This document shows, in pieces, positions 31,136 through 40,497 of a stretch of DNA of 64,000 nt (the first letter of the stretch is position 1; each line of letters starts with the position of its first letter). The DNA is from an uncultured SAR86 cluster bacterium (GTDB lineage: Bacteria; Pseudomonadota; Gammaproteobacteria; Magnimaribacterales; D2472), in contig CACEJU010000002.1 in the NCBI GenBank assembly GCA_902559885.1, forward strand, positions 65,055-129,054, written 5' to 3'. The translations under genes and the position numbers were made by a program. Below the pieces are notes generated by a model that saw only the letters and a list, made by a program, of their open reading frames with translations, searched no databases and was not told the DNA's origin.

Positions 31136-32290
31136 ATGAAAAAAATATTTTTATTTGGAGCAACTGGAAGCATAGGAGAAAGCTCTTTAAATGTTATAAA
31201 AGAAAATCCAGATCATTTTGTTCTATCTGGGATTTCATTTAATAAAAATTCTACTAGGGCTAAAGACATAATAGGGAATTTTCATCCAGAACATATTTTT
31301 ACAACAAATGAAAAATCATATTCTTGGCTTAAAAAAGAAAATAACCTATCAAACACCATCTCAATTTCTAATAATATCGAGGAGTTATCTGAGTTTCTGA
31401 ATTCGGATAATGTGGATATTATTATTTCTGCTATCTCAGGTTTTGCAGGTCTTGAAACCTCAATATTATCCGTACAAACCGGTAAAAAAGTCTTGCTTGC
31501 AAATAAAGAGTCCATTGTAGCTGGTGGAGATATATTGATCCCTCTATCTAAAAAGACTGGTGCCAACATAGTTCCAATTGATAGCGAGCACAATGCAATA
31601 CTTCAGTGCATTGATGATTATTCAGCAATTCACAATATTACAATTACTGCATCTGGAGGTCCCTTCAATGGGATCTCAGATAGTGACCTAGAGAACATTT
31701 CACCACAAGATGCTTTAAAGCATCCAACATGGAACATGGGAGCAAAAATCTCGATTGATTCCGCAACCTTGGTGAATAAATGCTTGGAGTTAATAGAGGC
31801 ATCTTATTTATTTAATATTAATGAAAGTAAGATTAATCTAGTAATCCATCCTCAAAGCATAGTTCATTCAATTGTTACATATTCAGATGGTTCAAGTCTT
31901 TGTCAAATGAGCAATCCTGATATGAAAGTGCCTATTGCGCATGCTTTATCAGATGAAAATAGATTAAATATTAATTTTAGAGAGCTAGATTTTGATAATC
32001 TTTCATTGTCATTTTCTGCATTTCCAAAAAATAGAAAGATAATAGAAGATCTTGCAAGAGAGGTTTGTAAAATAAAAAATGGATCAGGTATAGTTTTCAA
32101 TGCTGCAAATGAGGTTGCTGTTGATGCTTTCTTGAATTCAAAAATTAAGTTCTTAGAAATTTTTGATGTTATTTTGAGAACTTTTGACAATGTTCAACTG
32201 TCAAAAGAATTAGATATTGAAAAAATTTATGAAATAGATAAAGCCTCACGCATTATGGCCAAGAAGGTGGTAGAATCCACTTCTAACTAG
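31136..32290 (+). CDS. dxr: 1-deoxy-D-xylulose-5-phosphate reductoisomerase
   Basis: 384 aa with FGATGSIG, LANKES, PIDSEH and HPTWNMG. Confidence 0.95.
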   Translation: MKKIFLFGATGSIGESSLNVIKENPDHFVLSGISFNKNSTRAKDIIGNFHPEHIFTTNEKSYSWLKKENNLSNTISISNNIEELSEFLNSDNVDIIISAISGFAGLETSILSVQTGKKVLLANKESIVAGGDILIPLSKKTGANIVPIDSEHNAILQCIDDYSAIHNITITASGGPFNGISDSDLENISPQDALKHPTWNMGAKISIDSATLVNKCLELIEASYLFNINESKINLVIHPQSIVHSIVTYSDGSSLCQMSNPDMKVPIAHALSDENRLNINFRELDFDNLSLSFSAFPKNRKIIEDLAREVCKIKNGSGIVFNAANEVAVDAFLNSKIKFLEIFDVILRTFDNVQLSKELDIEKIYEIDKASRIMAKKVVESTSN

Positions 32291-32298
32291 TTTAAGAA

Positions 32299-33657
32299 AT
32301 GATAGAAACATTTATATATATAGGAGCTTTTTTAGTTCTGCTCGGCGTCCTTGTAACCATTCATGAATACGGTCATTTTATGTTTGCAAGATTATTTAAT
32401 GTTCATGTTCAAAGATTTTCCTTAGGCATGGGCCCTGTCATATATAAAAAAAATGACAAGCATGGAACTGAATTTGCTTTATCTGCTGTACCTCTAGGTG
32501 GTTATGTCTCAATGATTTCAGAAAAAATGTTTTTAGCAGAACCTGAAACAAAAAGTGAGTTTACAGAAGATCAACTAAAAAACACATTTGAATCAAAACC
32601 AAAATGGCAAAGAGCATTAATTATGCTAGGAGGACCGCTGGCTAATTTTGTCTTAGCAATCTTTATATTTAGCTTAATTTTCTTTTTTACTCCTGATCCA
32701 AATTTAACACCAGTAATCTCAAAGATCGATCCAGAAAATTCAATAGTTTCATCTGAGCTAAAAGAGCTAGATGAAATTACAGCATTTAATGGCAAAAGTG
32801 TTTCAAGCCCACAAGACTTAAGTTTAGAGCTTTTATCATTTGCTGGATATACAGGTGATTTAGAATTTACAATAAAAAGAATGGAGGGCAGCTCTCCTAT
32901 TGAGATGACTAAAATTTTATATGTTCAAGACTTTCTTAAAACTTCAGAATCTCAAAATAACCCAATAGGAGCACTTGGCCTAGAGCTTAATTATTTTGGC
33001 AAACCAGTTATTGGCGGGCTAGCAAATAATGGCCCTGCTATCGAAGCTGGCCTGATGAAAGGTGATCTTATATATGCAATAAATAATAAATCAGTTAGAT
33101 TCGCTCAAGATTTGGTAGCAATAGTATCAGAAATTCCAAATGAAACAGCATCAGTTTCATTTATTAGAGACGGCCAATCATTAACAAAAAATTTAATTAT
33201 TGGTGAATCAATATCAAACGATCAATCAAGAGGTTTTATTGGAATCCAATTTGGCTCGCAGAGAACTTTGGTACAAGCGATTTCAAAAGGTTCCTATGAG
33301 ACATATAACTTAAGTATAAAAACTCTTCAATTTATTGGAAAAATGATTACCGGTAACATGGGTGCAGAAAATTTGAGTGGTCCAATTGGCATTGCACAAA
33401 TGGCCGGAAATACAGCACAAGCAGGATTATTACCATTTATATATTTAATGGCGCTTTTAAGTATAAGTTTGGGTGTTTTAAATTTATTGCCCATTCCTGT
33501 TTTAGATGGCGGTCAATTAACTTTACTTGGAATTGAAGCAATCCGAGGCAAACCATTGAGTGATAAAGTTGAAAATTTTGTATATTCAGCTGGGGCGGCT
33601 ATGGTTATTTTCTTAATGATTTTTGCTGTATTTAATGATGTTTCGAGATTTTTATAA
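32299..33657 (+). CDS. rseP: Site-2 protease RseP (zinc metalloprotease)
   Basis: 452 aa with HEYGHF (HExxH) in TM1, PDZ region(s) and C-terminal NLLPIPVLDGG. Confidence 0.93.
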   Translation: MIETFIYIGAFLVLLGVLVTIHEYGHFMFARLFNVHVQRFSLGMGPVIYKKNDKHGTEFALSAVPLGGYVSMISEKMFLAEPETKSEFTEDQLKNTFESKPKWQRALIMLGGPLANFVLAIFIFSLIFFFTPDPNLTPVISKIDPENSIVSSELKELDEITAFNGKSVSSPQDLSLELLSFAGYTGDLEFTIKRMEGSSPIEMTKILYVQDFLKTSESQNNPIGALGLELNYFGKPVIGGLANNGPAIEAGLMKGDLIYAINNKSVRFAQDLVAIVSEIPNETASVSFIRDGQSLTKNLIIGESISNDQSRGFIGIQFGSQRTLVQAISKGSYETYNLSIKTLQFIGKMITGNMGAENLSGPIGIAQMAGNTAQAGLLPFIYLMALLSISLGVLNLLPIPVLDGGQLTLLGIEAIRGKPLSDKVENFVYSAGAAMVIFLMIFAVFNDVSRFL

Positions 33658-33663
33658 TAAATA

Positions 33664-36084
33664 ATGAAAAAATTTTTTATCTTATTTTTTATTTTAATAA
33701 CTTCAAATGTTCACGCATTTGATTCATTTACAGTTTCTGATATAAGAATTGTAGGCCTTCAGAGAGTATCTACTGGTAGTATTTTCAATGTTATTCCAAT
33801 TAGTGTTGGAGATGAAATTAACCCAAGAAAATCAATAGACATTACAAAATCTTTATTTTTAACAGAGCAATTTGATGATATACAAATTGGTCGTGATGCT
33901 AATACTTTAATAATTACAGTTGTTGAGAGACCATCTATATCTGCAATAGAAATATCTGGAAATAAAGCTTTAAAGACAGAACAACTCTTAGAAAGCTTAG
34001 ATGGTGTTGGTATTAGAGAGGGTGAGGTATACAAAAGATCTACACTTGAAAAAGTTAAATCTGAGCTTGTAAGATCATATGCCTCAAATGGTAAATATGG
34101 AGCATCAGTTGATATTCTTGAGATAAAGAAACCAAGAAATACGCTTGAAATCAATGTAGAAATTGATGAAGGTCAAAGTGCAAAAATTCAAAAAATTCGT
34201 ATTTTAGGAAATGAAGTCTTTAGCGACGAAGAGCTCTTAGATGGTTTTGAGCTTAAAGAAGGATCTTTTTTCTCATTCATATCAAATGACAATCAATATT
34301 CTAAGGAAAAACTAACCGGTGATTTAGAAACTTTAGAAGCTTTTTATTTTAATAGAGGGTATTTAAAATTTTCTGTTGAGTCATCTCAAGTGAGCTTATC
34401 AAGAGATAAAAAATCTATATTTATAACCTTTAATATTCAAGAGGGTGATCAATATACAATTAAAGATGTCAATGTAATTGGAGATATACCTATTGATGAC
34501 AAAATATATCTTCCATTAGTAGAGTCGCAAAAAGGTTTAATATATTCTCAAGCGCAAATTACCCAAATAGAGGAATTTTTTACAAGAGTTTTAGGGAATC
34601 AGGGCTATGCTTTTGCAGAAGTTGCCGGAAGACCAGATATTAATACTGATGATCAAAATGTTGAATTAACATTTACAGTCGAGCCTGGTAAAAGAACTTA
34701 TACTCGTAAAATCTTATTTACTGGAAATGACATTACTCAAGATCATGTTTTAAGAAGAGAAATGAGGCAGTTTGAAGGCGCTTGGACTTCTGATGATAGA
34801 ATTGAAGCGGGCAAAGTAAGACTGGAAAGACTTGGATATTTTAAAGAAGTCAATGTAGAAACAGTACCAGTGGCTGGAACAGATGATCAAATTGATGTTA
34901 TTTATACAGTTGATGAAGAAAGTACTGGCTCTATAGGTGGTAATGTTGGATATAGTGATTTTGGTCTTCAATTAGGCTTTAGCCTTTCTCAACAGAACTT
35001 TTTAGGAAGTGGGAATACTGTTGGAATAGGAATAAATAAGAGTATTTATAGCGAATCTTATAATTTTTCATATGTAAATCCATATCAAACTATTGATGGA
35101 GTTAGTTTGGGTGCAAATCTATACTATAGGGAAACTGACTATGGCGAATACCAGGTTGCTAATTATTTAGCTAATTCTTATGGATTAGGATTTCAGTTTG
35201 GGTATCCAATATCAGACACTCAAAGACTAGGATTTAATTTTACTTTTGATAAAACTGATATTGATGTGGGTACATTGCCAGCTAGAGAAATTTGGGATTT
35301 CACTAATAAGGAAGGCACAACATTTAATACACTAACTTCATCAGTTTCATGGAGTAGAGTAACTTTGAATAGGGGAATGTTCCCAACAGATGGAGCTTCA
35401 ACAGCAGTTTCTTTATCTGCAACACTTCCAGTAAGTGATATCAATTATTATAAGTTAAGCCTTCAGCAGAGATATTATCAACCATTAGGTTTTGCTAACC
35501 TTGTATTTGGTTTCCAAGGTGAGCTAGGTTATTTATCTCCATATGGTGATACTGAAGAGCCTCCATTTTTCCAGAATTTTTATGCTGGTGGCCCAAGATC
35601 TCTTAGAGGTTTTGAATCAAATACATTAGGCCCGAGAAGTACACAGGCACCATGTTATGAATTTAATTATGCCGAAGGAACGTGCCCTAATCTTATTGAT
35701 ACAGATGGAGACGGTGAATTAGATACGCCTTATTTGAATCCATATGCAAATACCTATTCAAGATATGGTAATGCTCCAATTGGAGGTAATATTAAAGTTG
35801 AGGGTAGCTCGCAACTCATTTTTAGATTGCCGTTTATAGAGGATCAAAGGTCAATGAGATCAGCTTTCTTCTTTGATTTTGGAAATGTTTTTTCTGATAA
35901 TTGTAAAGAGTATCAATTTAATTGCTATGAATTTGATGTTGGCGAATTAAGATATTCTTATGGTGTTGGGGTTACATGGATTACTGGTTTTGGTCCTATG
36001 AGCCTGGCAATATCAAAACCAACTAATGCTGGCAGGTTCGAGAGAACAGAGGAATTCCAATTTACTGTAGGAAATGTATTTTAA
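33664..36084 (+). CDS. bamA: Outer membrane protein assembly factor BamA
   Basis: 806 aa with a signal peptide, POTRA repeats and a C-terminal barrel ending ...FQFTVGNVF. Confidence 0.95.
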   Translation: MKKFFILFFILITSNVHAFDSFTVSDIRIVGLQRVSTGSIFNVIPISVGDEINPRKSIDITKSLFLTEQFDDIQIGRDANTLIITVVERPSISAIEISGNKALKTEQLLESLDGVGIREGEVYKRSTLEKVKSELVRSYASNGKYGASVDILEIKKPRNTLEINVEIDEGQSAKIQKIRILGNEVFSDEELLDGFELKEGSFFSFISNDNQYSKEKLTGDLETLEAFYFNRGYLKFSVESSQVSLSRDKKSIFITFNIQEGDQYTIKDVNVIGDIPIDDKIYLPLVESQKGLIYSQAQITQIEEFFTRVLGNQGYAFAEVAGRPDINTDDQNVELTFTVEPGKRTYTRKILFTGNDITQDHVLRREMRQFEGAWTSDDRIEAGKVRLERLGYFKEVNVETVPVAGTDDQIDVIYTVDEESTGSIGGNVGYSDFGLQLGFSLSQQNFLGSGNTVGIGINKSIYSESYNFSYVNPYQTIDGVSLGANLYYRETDYGEYQVANYLANSYGLGFQFGYPISDTQRLGFNFTFDKTDIDVGTLPAREIWDFTNKEGTTFNTLTSSVSWSRVTLNRGMFPTDGASTAVSLSATLPVSDINYYKLSLQQRYYQPLGFANLVFGFQGELGYLSPYGDTEEPPFFQNFYAGGPRSLRGFESNTLGPRSTQAPCYEFNYAEGTCPNLIDTDGDGELDTPYLNPYANTYSRYGNAPIGGNIKVEGSSQLIFRLPFIEDQRSMRSAFFFDFGNVFSDNCKEYQFNCYEFDVGELRYSYGVGVTWITGFGPMSLAISKPTNAGRFERTEEFQFTVGNVF

Positions 36085-36139
36085 TAAGTATTTTTTCTGT
36101 AATTTAATATAAAATATACAAATCCAATAAGGGGTTAAT

Positions 36140-36676
36140 ATGAAAAAAATCATAAATAAATTTTTATTAGTAACTTTATTATTTGCTATGCCTGTTTTTG
36201 CAGCAGATGGTGTTGCCGTTGTAGACGTTAGAGCGGCTATCCTTTCTACTCAAGCAGCTGCAGATGCTTTTAAAGCGTTAGAAGAAGATGCTGATTATTC
36301 ATCAAATTTAGAAGAAGCTCAGTCAATTGAAGCCGAAAGACAAACATTGGCTGAAAGATTGCAAAAAGATGTTGAAACATTGTCACAAGCTGAAATCGGT
36401 GAGTTACAAAGAGACATACAAGAGCAAACTAAAGATCTTGAGTTCTTAGTCGGTAAACTTCAAGCAGCTAGAGAAGAAACAGCTCAAAAGTTATTTGCAG
36501 AAAAGACACCAGTTGTTCAGAAAATTATTTCTGAACTAATTGCGGCTAAACAAATAAAGGTTTTGTTAGCTAAAAGTGAAGTACTTTTATATCACGATCA
36601 AGCTCTTGATTTAACTGATGATATATCATCAATGTTAGATGTTGCAGCTAGTGAGGGCGCAGCTCAGTCTGAGTAG
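36140..36676 (+). CDS. skp: Periplasmic chaperone Skp (OmpH family)
   Basis: 178 aa with a signal peptide and a long coiled Ala/Glu/Gln-rich body, positioned between bamA and lpxD. Confidence 0.85.
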   Translation: MKKIINKFLLVTLLFAMPVFAADGVAVVDVRAAILSTQAAADAFKALEEDADYSSNLEEAQSIEAERQTLAERLQKDVETLSQAEIGELQRDIQEQTKDLEFLVGKLQAAREETAQKLFAEKTPVVQKIISELIAAKQIKVLLAKSEVLLYHDQALDLTDDISSMLDVAASEGAAQSE

Positions 36677-37611
36677 TGACACATTATAAAACTTCTCTAA
36701 ATAAACTCGCTGAACATACAAATTCTAAATTAGTCGGCGATGGCTCAGCCATCGTCGATAGTATTTCTACAATTCAAAATGCTCAATCAGGCTCAATTAC
36801 TTTTTTGAGTAATAATAAATATTTTAAATATTTAAAAGAAACTAAAGCCTTGGCTGTAATAATCTCAAGTGATATTGATTTACCTGATTATGGTAATTAC
36901 CTTGTGTGCGATGATCCATATTTAGCTTTTGCAAAGGTAACACAACTTTTCAAAAAAGAAGACAGGTTTCATAAAGGTTTCCATGTTCACCCATCAGCTG
37001 TAATAGCTGAAGATGCTTTTGTTCATGAAAGTGCAGTCATTGGCCCAAACGTTTTTATTGGACAAGGCTGCATTATTGGGGCAAACGTAATTATTAAAGC
37101 TAATTGTTCATTAGCTGAAAACGTTATAATTGAAGAAAATACAATCATTCATCACAATACAGTATTAGGTTCAGATGGATTTGGATATGCACCAAATGGC
37201 AACAAGTATGAAAAAATTGAACAACTTGGAAAATTGATTATTGGTTCAAATGTAGAAATTGGGGCTGGATGTGCTATTGATAGAGGAGCAATAGAAAATA
37301 CAGAAATACATGATGGTGTTAAATTAGATAACAATATTCATATTGCCCATAATGTAATATTGGGTGCTAACTCTGCAATTGCAGCATCATGTGCCATAGC
37401 AGGTTCATCAGTTATAGGTAAAAATTTTCAAATGGGCGGGCTTTCAGGCGTCTTAGGGCATCTTAATATTGCAGATAATGTAACAGTTGGCGCTCATACT
37501 TTAATTACAAAAAACATCACTAAATCTGGAAATTATATTGGTATAATGCCGGCCCAAGAATATAAAGACTGGACTAGGTCTTCTATTTTTATAAAAAAGA
37601 GAGGCAAATAA
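36676..37611 (+). CDS. lpxD: UDP-3-O-acylglucosamine N-acyltransferase
   Basis: 311 aa from a GTG start, with left-handed beta-helix hexapeptide repeats and conserved cluster position. Confidence 0.92.
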   Translation: MTHYKTSLNKLAEHTNSKLVGDGSAIVDSISTIQNAQSGSITFLSNNKYFKYLKETKALAVIISSDIDLPDYGNYLVCDDPYLAFAKVTQLFKKEDRFHKGFHVHPSAVIAEDAFVHESAVIGPNVFIGQGCIIGANVIIKANCSLAENVIIEENTIIHHNTVLGSDGFGYAPNGNKYEKIEQLGKLIIGSNVEIGAGCAIDRGAIENTEIHDGVKLDNNIHIAHNVILGANSAIAASCAIAGSSVIGKNFQMGGLSGVLGHLNIADNVTVGAHTLITKNITKSGNYIGIMPAQEYKDWTRSSIFIKKRGK

Positions 37612-38054
37612 TGACAGATTTATCCATAGATACTATATTAAAGCACTTACCGCATAGATATCCTTTTCTTTTCATTGACAAGGTTGTTTCAATTGAAAAA
37701 GGAAAAAAAATCCATGCTCAGAAAAATGTCTCAATTAATGAACCTTTTTTTCAAGGACATTTCCCAAATAAACCGGTAATGCCAGGAGTTCTAATTCTTG
37801 AAGCAATGGCCCAGGCATCAGGCATTCTTGGTTTTATGACAATGGAGAAAACACCTGATGATGGTTCAATTTATTATTTTGCTGGAGTAGACAAAGTAAG
37901 GTTTAAAAGACCAGTTAATCCTGGAGATATTGTTGATTTTAATGCATCAATAATCAGTGAAAAAAGAGGTATATGGAAATTTGATTGTAGGGCTGAAGTT
38001 GGAGGAGAGCTAGTTTGCGAAGCAGTAGTGCTTTGCGCAGACAGATCGATATAA
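37611..38054 (+). CDS. fabZ: 3-hydroxyacyl-ACP dehydratase FabZ
   Basis: 147 aa with LPHRYPFLFIDKV and FFQGHFPNKPVMPGVL. Confidence 0.95.
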   Translation: MTDLSIDTILKHLPHRYPFLFIDKVVSIEKGKKIHAQKNVSINEPFFQGHFPNKPVMPGVLILEAMAQASGILGFMTMEKTPDDGSIYYFAGVDKVRFKRPVNPGDIVDFNASIISEKRGIWKFDCRAEVGGELVCEAVVLCADRSI

Positions 38055-38056
38055 TT

Positions 38057-38833
38057 TTGATTCACGATACAGCAGTTATAGATGATTCAGCAATTATTTC
38101 TGAAAATGTTCAGATAGGCCCATATTGCATAATAGGTCCAAATGTTGAGATTGGAGAGAACACAATTCTTAAAAGTAATGTTGTTATTCAAGGCCCAACA
38201 AAAATAGGAAGTAACAATGAATTTTATCAATTCTCCGTTATAGGCGAAGCAACACCCGATAAAAAGTATCAAGGTGAGGAAACAACTCTAAAAATAGGTA
38301 GTAATAATATTTTTAGAGAGGGTGTCACTATTCACAGAGGGACAATACAAGACAAAAGCACAACAGTGATAGGTGACAATAATTTATTAATGCCATATGT
38401 GCATGTTGCTCATGATTGTGTTGTCGGAAACGGCAATACTTTTGCTAATAACTCAGGCCTCGCAGGTCATGTTGTTATAGGAAATTATGTTACCCTGGGC
38501 GGCTATTCTCTCATACATCAATTTTGCTCTGTGGGGGATTATGCCTTCTTAGGAATGTCAACAGGTGTAGTTATGGATATTCCTGCCTTTGTAAAGGCGG
38601 CATATCATCCTGCAAAAGTAGTAGGATTAAACTCTATTGGGATGAGCAGAAATGGTGTTTCAGACGAATCCGCATCTTTGTTAAAAAAAGCATATAAACT
38701 CTTATATAGAAAAGGCCTTAAGCTTGAAGATTCTATTAATAAGATTGTTATGCTTCATGAAGAAACAAATGATGAAAATCTAAAAATTTTTATAAATTCT
38801 ATCAAAGCCTCTACTAGGGGTATAACCAGGTAA
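38057..38833 (+). CDS. lpxA: UDP-N-acetylglucosamine O-acyltransferase
   Basis: The tracked ORF (38015) overlaps fabZ. It is trimmed to the in-frame TTG at 38057, just after the fabZ stop, giving about 258 aa that begin (M)IHDTAVIDDSA like other LpxA. Contains hexapeptide repeats. Confidence 0.9.
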   Translation: MIHDTAVIDDSAIISENVQIGPYCIIGPNVEIGENTILKSNVVIQGPTKIGSNNEFYQFSVIGEATPDKKYQGEETTLKIGSNNIFREGVTIHRGTIQDKSTTVIGDNNLLMPYVHVAHDCVVGNGNTFANNSGLAGHVVIGNYVTLGGYSLIHQFCSVGDYAFLGMSTGVVMDIPAFVKAAYHPAKVVGLNSIGMSRNGVSDESASLLKKAYKLLYRKGLKLEDSINKIVMLHEETNDENLKIFINSIKASTRGITR

Positions 38834-39958
38834 GTGCAAAATTCTGAAGTTATAAAAATTGGCATAATTGCCGGTGAACATTCAGGCGACTTAATTGGAT
38901 CAAAACTTATTGAGCAAATAAAGAAAGATCATAAAATTAAAATTTATGGCATTGGCGGCCCAATGCTTGCAAAAGTTGGCCTAAAAAGTAAGTTTGATTT
39001 TAATGAATTGCAAGTCATGGGTCTGATAGAGCCAATATTAAGAATAAGAAGACTTTTATTTATAAGAAAAACTATTAAAAAATATTTTCTAGAAAAGAAT
39101 ATTGATGTGTTTATAGGAGTTGATTCACCAGACTTTAATTTAAATATTCATAAGTACTTTAAAAAAAGGGCTTCAACAAAAACTATTCAGCTTGTTAGTC
39201 CATCAGTATGGGGATGGAGAAAAGGTAGATTAAAAAACATTAAAAAATATATAGATATGACCATTTGCCTTTTTAACTTTGAGCACACTTTTTATAAGGA
39301 AAATAATCATAAAAGTATGCATTTAGGCCATCCATTCGTGGATTTAAAGGAAGCGCATAAAGATGATGTTATCAAGAAATACGAACTAAATGCAGCAAAA
39401 AAATATATATCTGTTTTGCCTGGAAGCAGGCCATCAGAAATAAAAAATATGATGCCAATATATCTAGATGCAATGAAGGATATAAAGAAAATAGATGATG
39501 ACTATTTTTTTTTAATACCTGCCGCTGATCATGAATCAAAAGAGCAAATAAGCAATTATGTTGGTGATCTGGGTAATACTATTATCGAAGTTAATGCCGC
39601 AAATGACTTTTTATCTTTATCTGACTACTCAATAGTTACTTCAGGAACCGCATCTCTTCAAGCAGCAGTATTAAATTCTTTTCCAATAATTTGTTACAAA
39701 ACAAACTTTATTTCATATTCAATAATCTCAAGACTATTAACAATTGATATGGTTGGATTACCAAATTTGTTACTTGGTAAAAAAGTTTTTCCAGAATTAA
39801 TTCAGGATCAATGCAAGAGCAATCAGATCTTGAATGAAATAACAAACATCAATCATAATTCTAATTTTATAAACTACAAAAGCTTAAACATTCAAGGACT
39901 TTTAAAAGGTTCTGGATTTGAAAGAGTAAGCAATCAAATTATTTCTCTTTTAAATTGA
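38834..39958 (+). CDS. lpxB: Lipid-A-disaccharide synthase
   Basis: 374 aa from a GTG start directly after the lpxA stop, with IGIIAGEHSGDLIG at the N-terminus. Confidence 0.92.
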   Translation: MQNSEVIKIGIIAGEHSGDLIGSKLIEQIKKDHKIKIYGIGGPMLAKVGLKSKFDFNELQVMGLIEPILRIRRLLFIRKTIKKYFLEKNIDVFIGVDSPDFNLNIHKYFKKRASTKTIQLVSPSVWGWRKGRLKNIKKYIDMTICLFNFEHTFYKENNHKSMHLGHPFVDLKEAHKDDVIKKYELNAAKKYISVLPGSRPSEIKNMMPIYLDAMKDIKKIDDDYFFLIPAADHESKEQISNYVGDLGNTIIEVNAANDFLSLSDYSIVTSGTASLQAAVLNSFPIICYKTNFISYSIISRLLTIDMVGLPNLLLGKKVFPELIQDQCKSNQILNEITNINHNSNFINYKSLNIQGLLKGSGFERVSNQIISLLN

Positions 39959-40497
39959 TTATAGCCGGGGTTGATGAGGTAGGAAGGGGCTGCTTAGCAG
40001 GCCCAGTGATTGCCTCGGCAGTTATACTAAATGAAAATAAAATTAATGGCATCAAAGATTCAAAAAAAATTTCATCAAAAAAAAGGTTAAACCTTTCAGA
40101 TCAAATAAAATTAAACTCTGATTATTCTTTTGGAGTTGTTTCTCCATCTGTAATAGATAAAATAAATATACATAATGCATCGTTGTTAGCGATGAAAAAA
40201 GCAATTGAAAATTTGGACATAAAACCAGATATTATTTATGTAGATGGTTTGTATGTTCCTGAAACAGCTTTTAAAACTAAAGCAATAGTTAAAGGTGATA
40301 GCTTAATTAAAGAAATTTCAGCTGCATCAATACTCGCTAAAGTATATAGAGATAATTTGATGATTAAATACGATAAAAAATATCCAGGTTACTTTCTAAA
40401 AGAGAATAAAGGATATCCAACGATTGCTCACAAAAAAGCGCTTCAATTACTTGGTCCATCAATCATTCATAGAAGATCATTTAAGGGAGTTCTATGA
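39955..40497 (+). CDS. rnhB: Ribonuclease HII
   Basis: 180 aa from a TTG start, with IAGVDEVGRGCLAGPV and DSKK. Confidence 0.92.
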   Translation: MIIAGVDEVGRGCLAGPVIASAVILNENKINGIKDSKKISSKKRLNLSDQIKLNSDYSFGVVSPSVIDKINIHNASLLAMKKAIENLDIKPDIIYVDGLYVPETAFKTKAIVKGDSLIKEISAASILAKVYRDNLMIKYDKKYPGYFLKENKGYPTIAHKKALQLLGPSIIHRRSFKGVL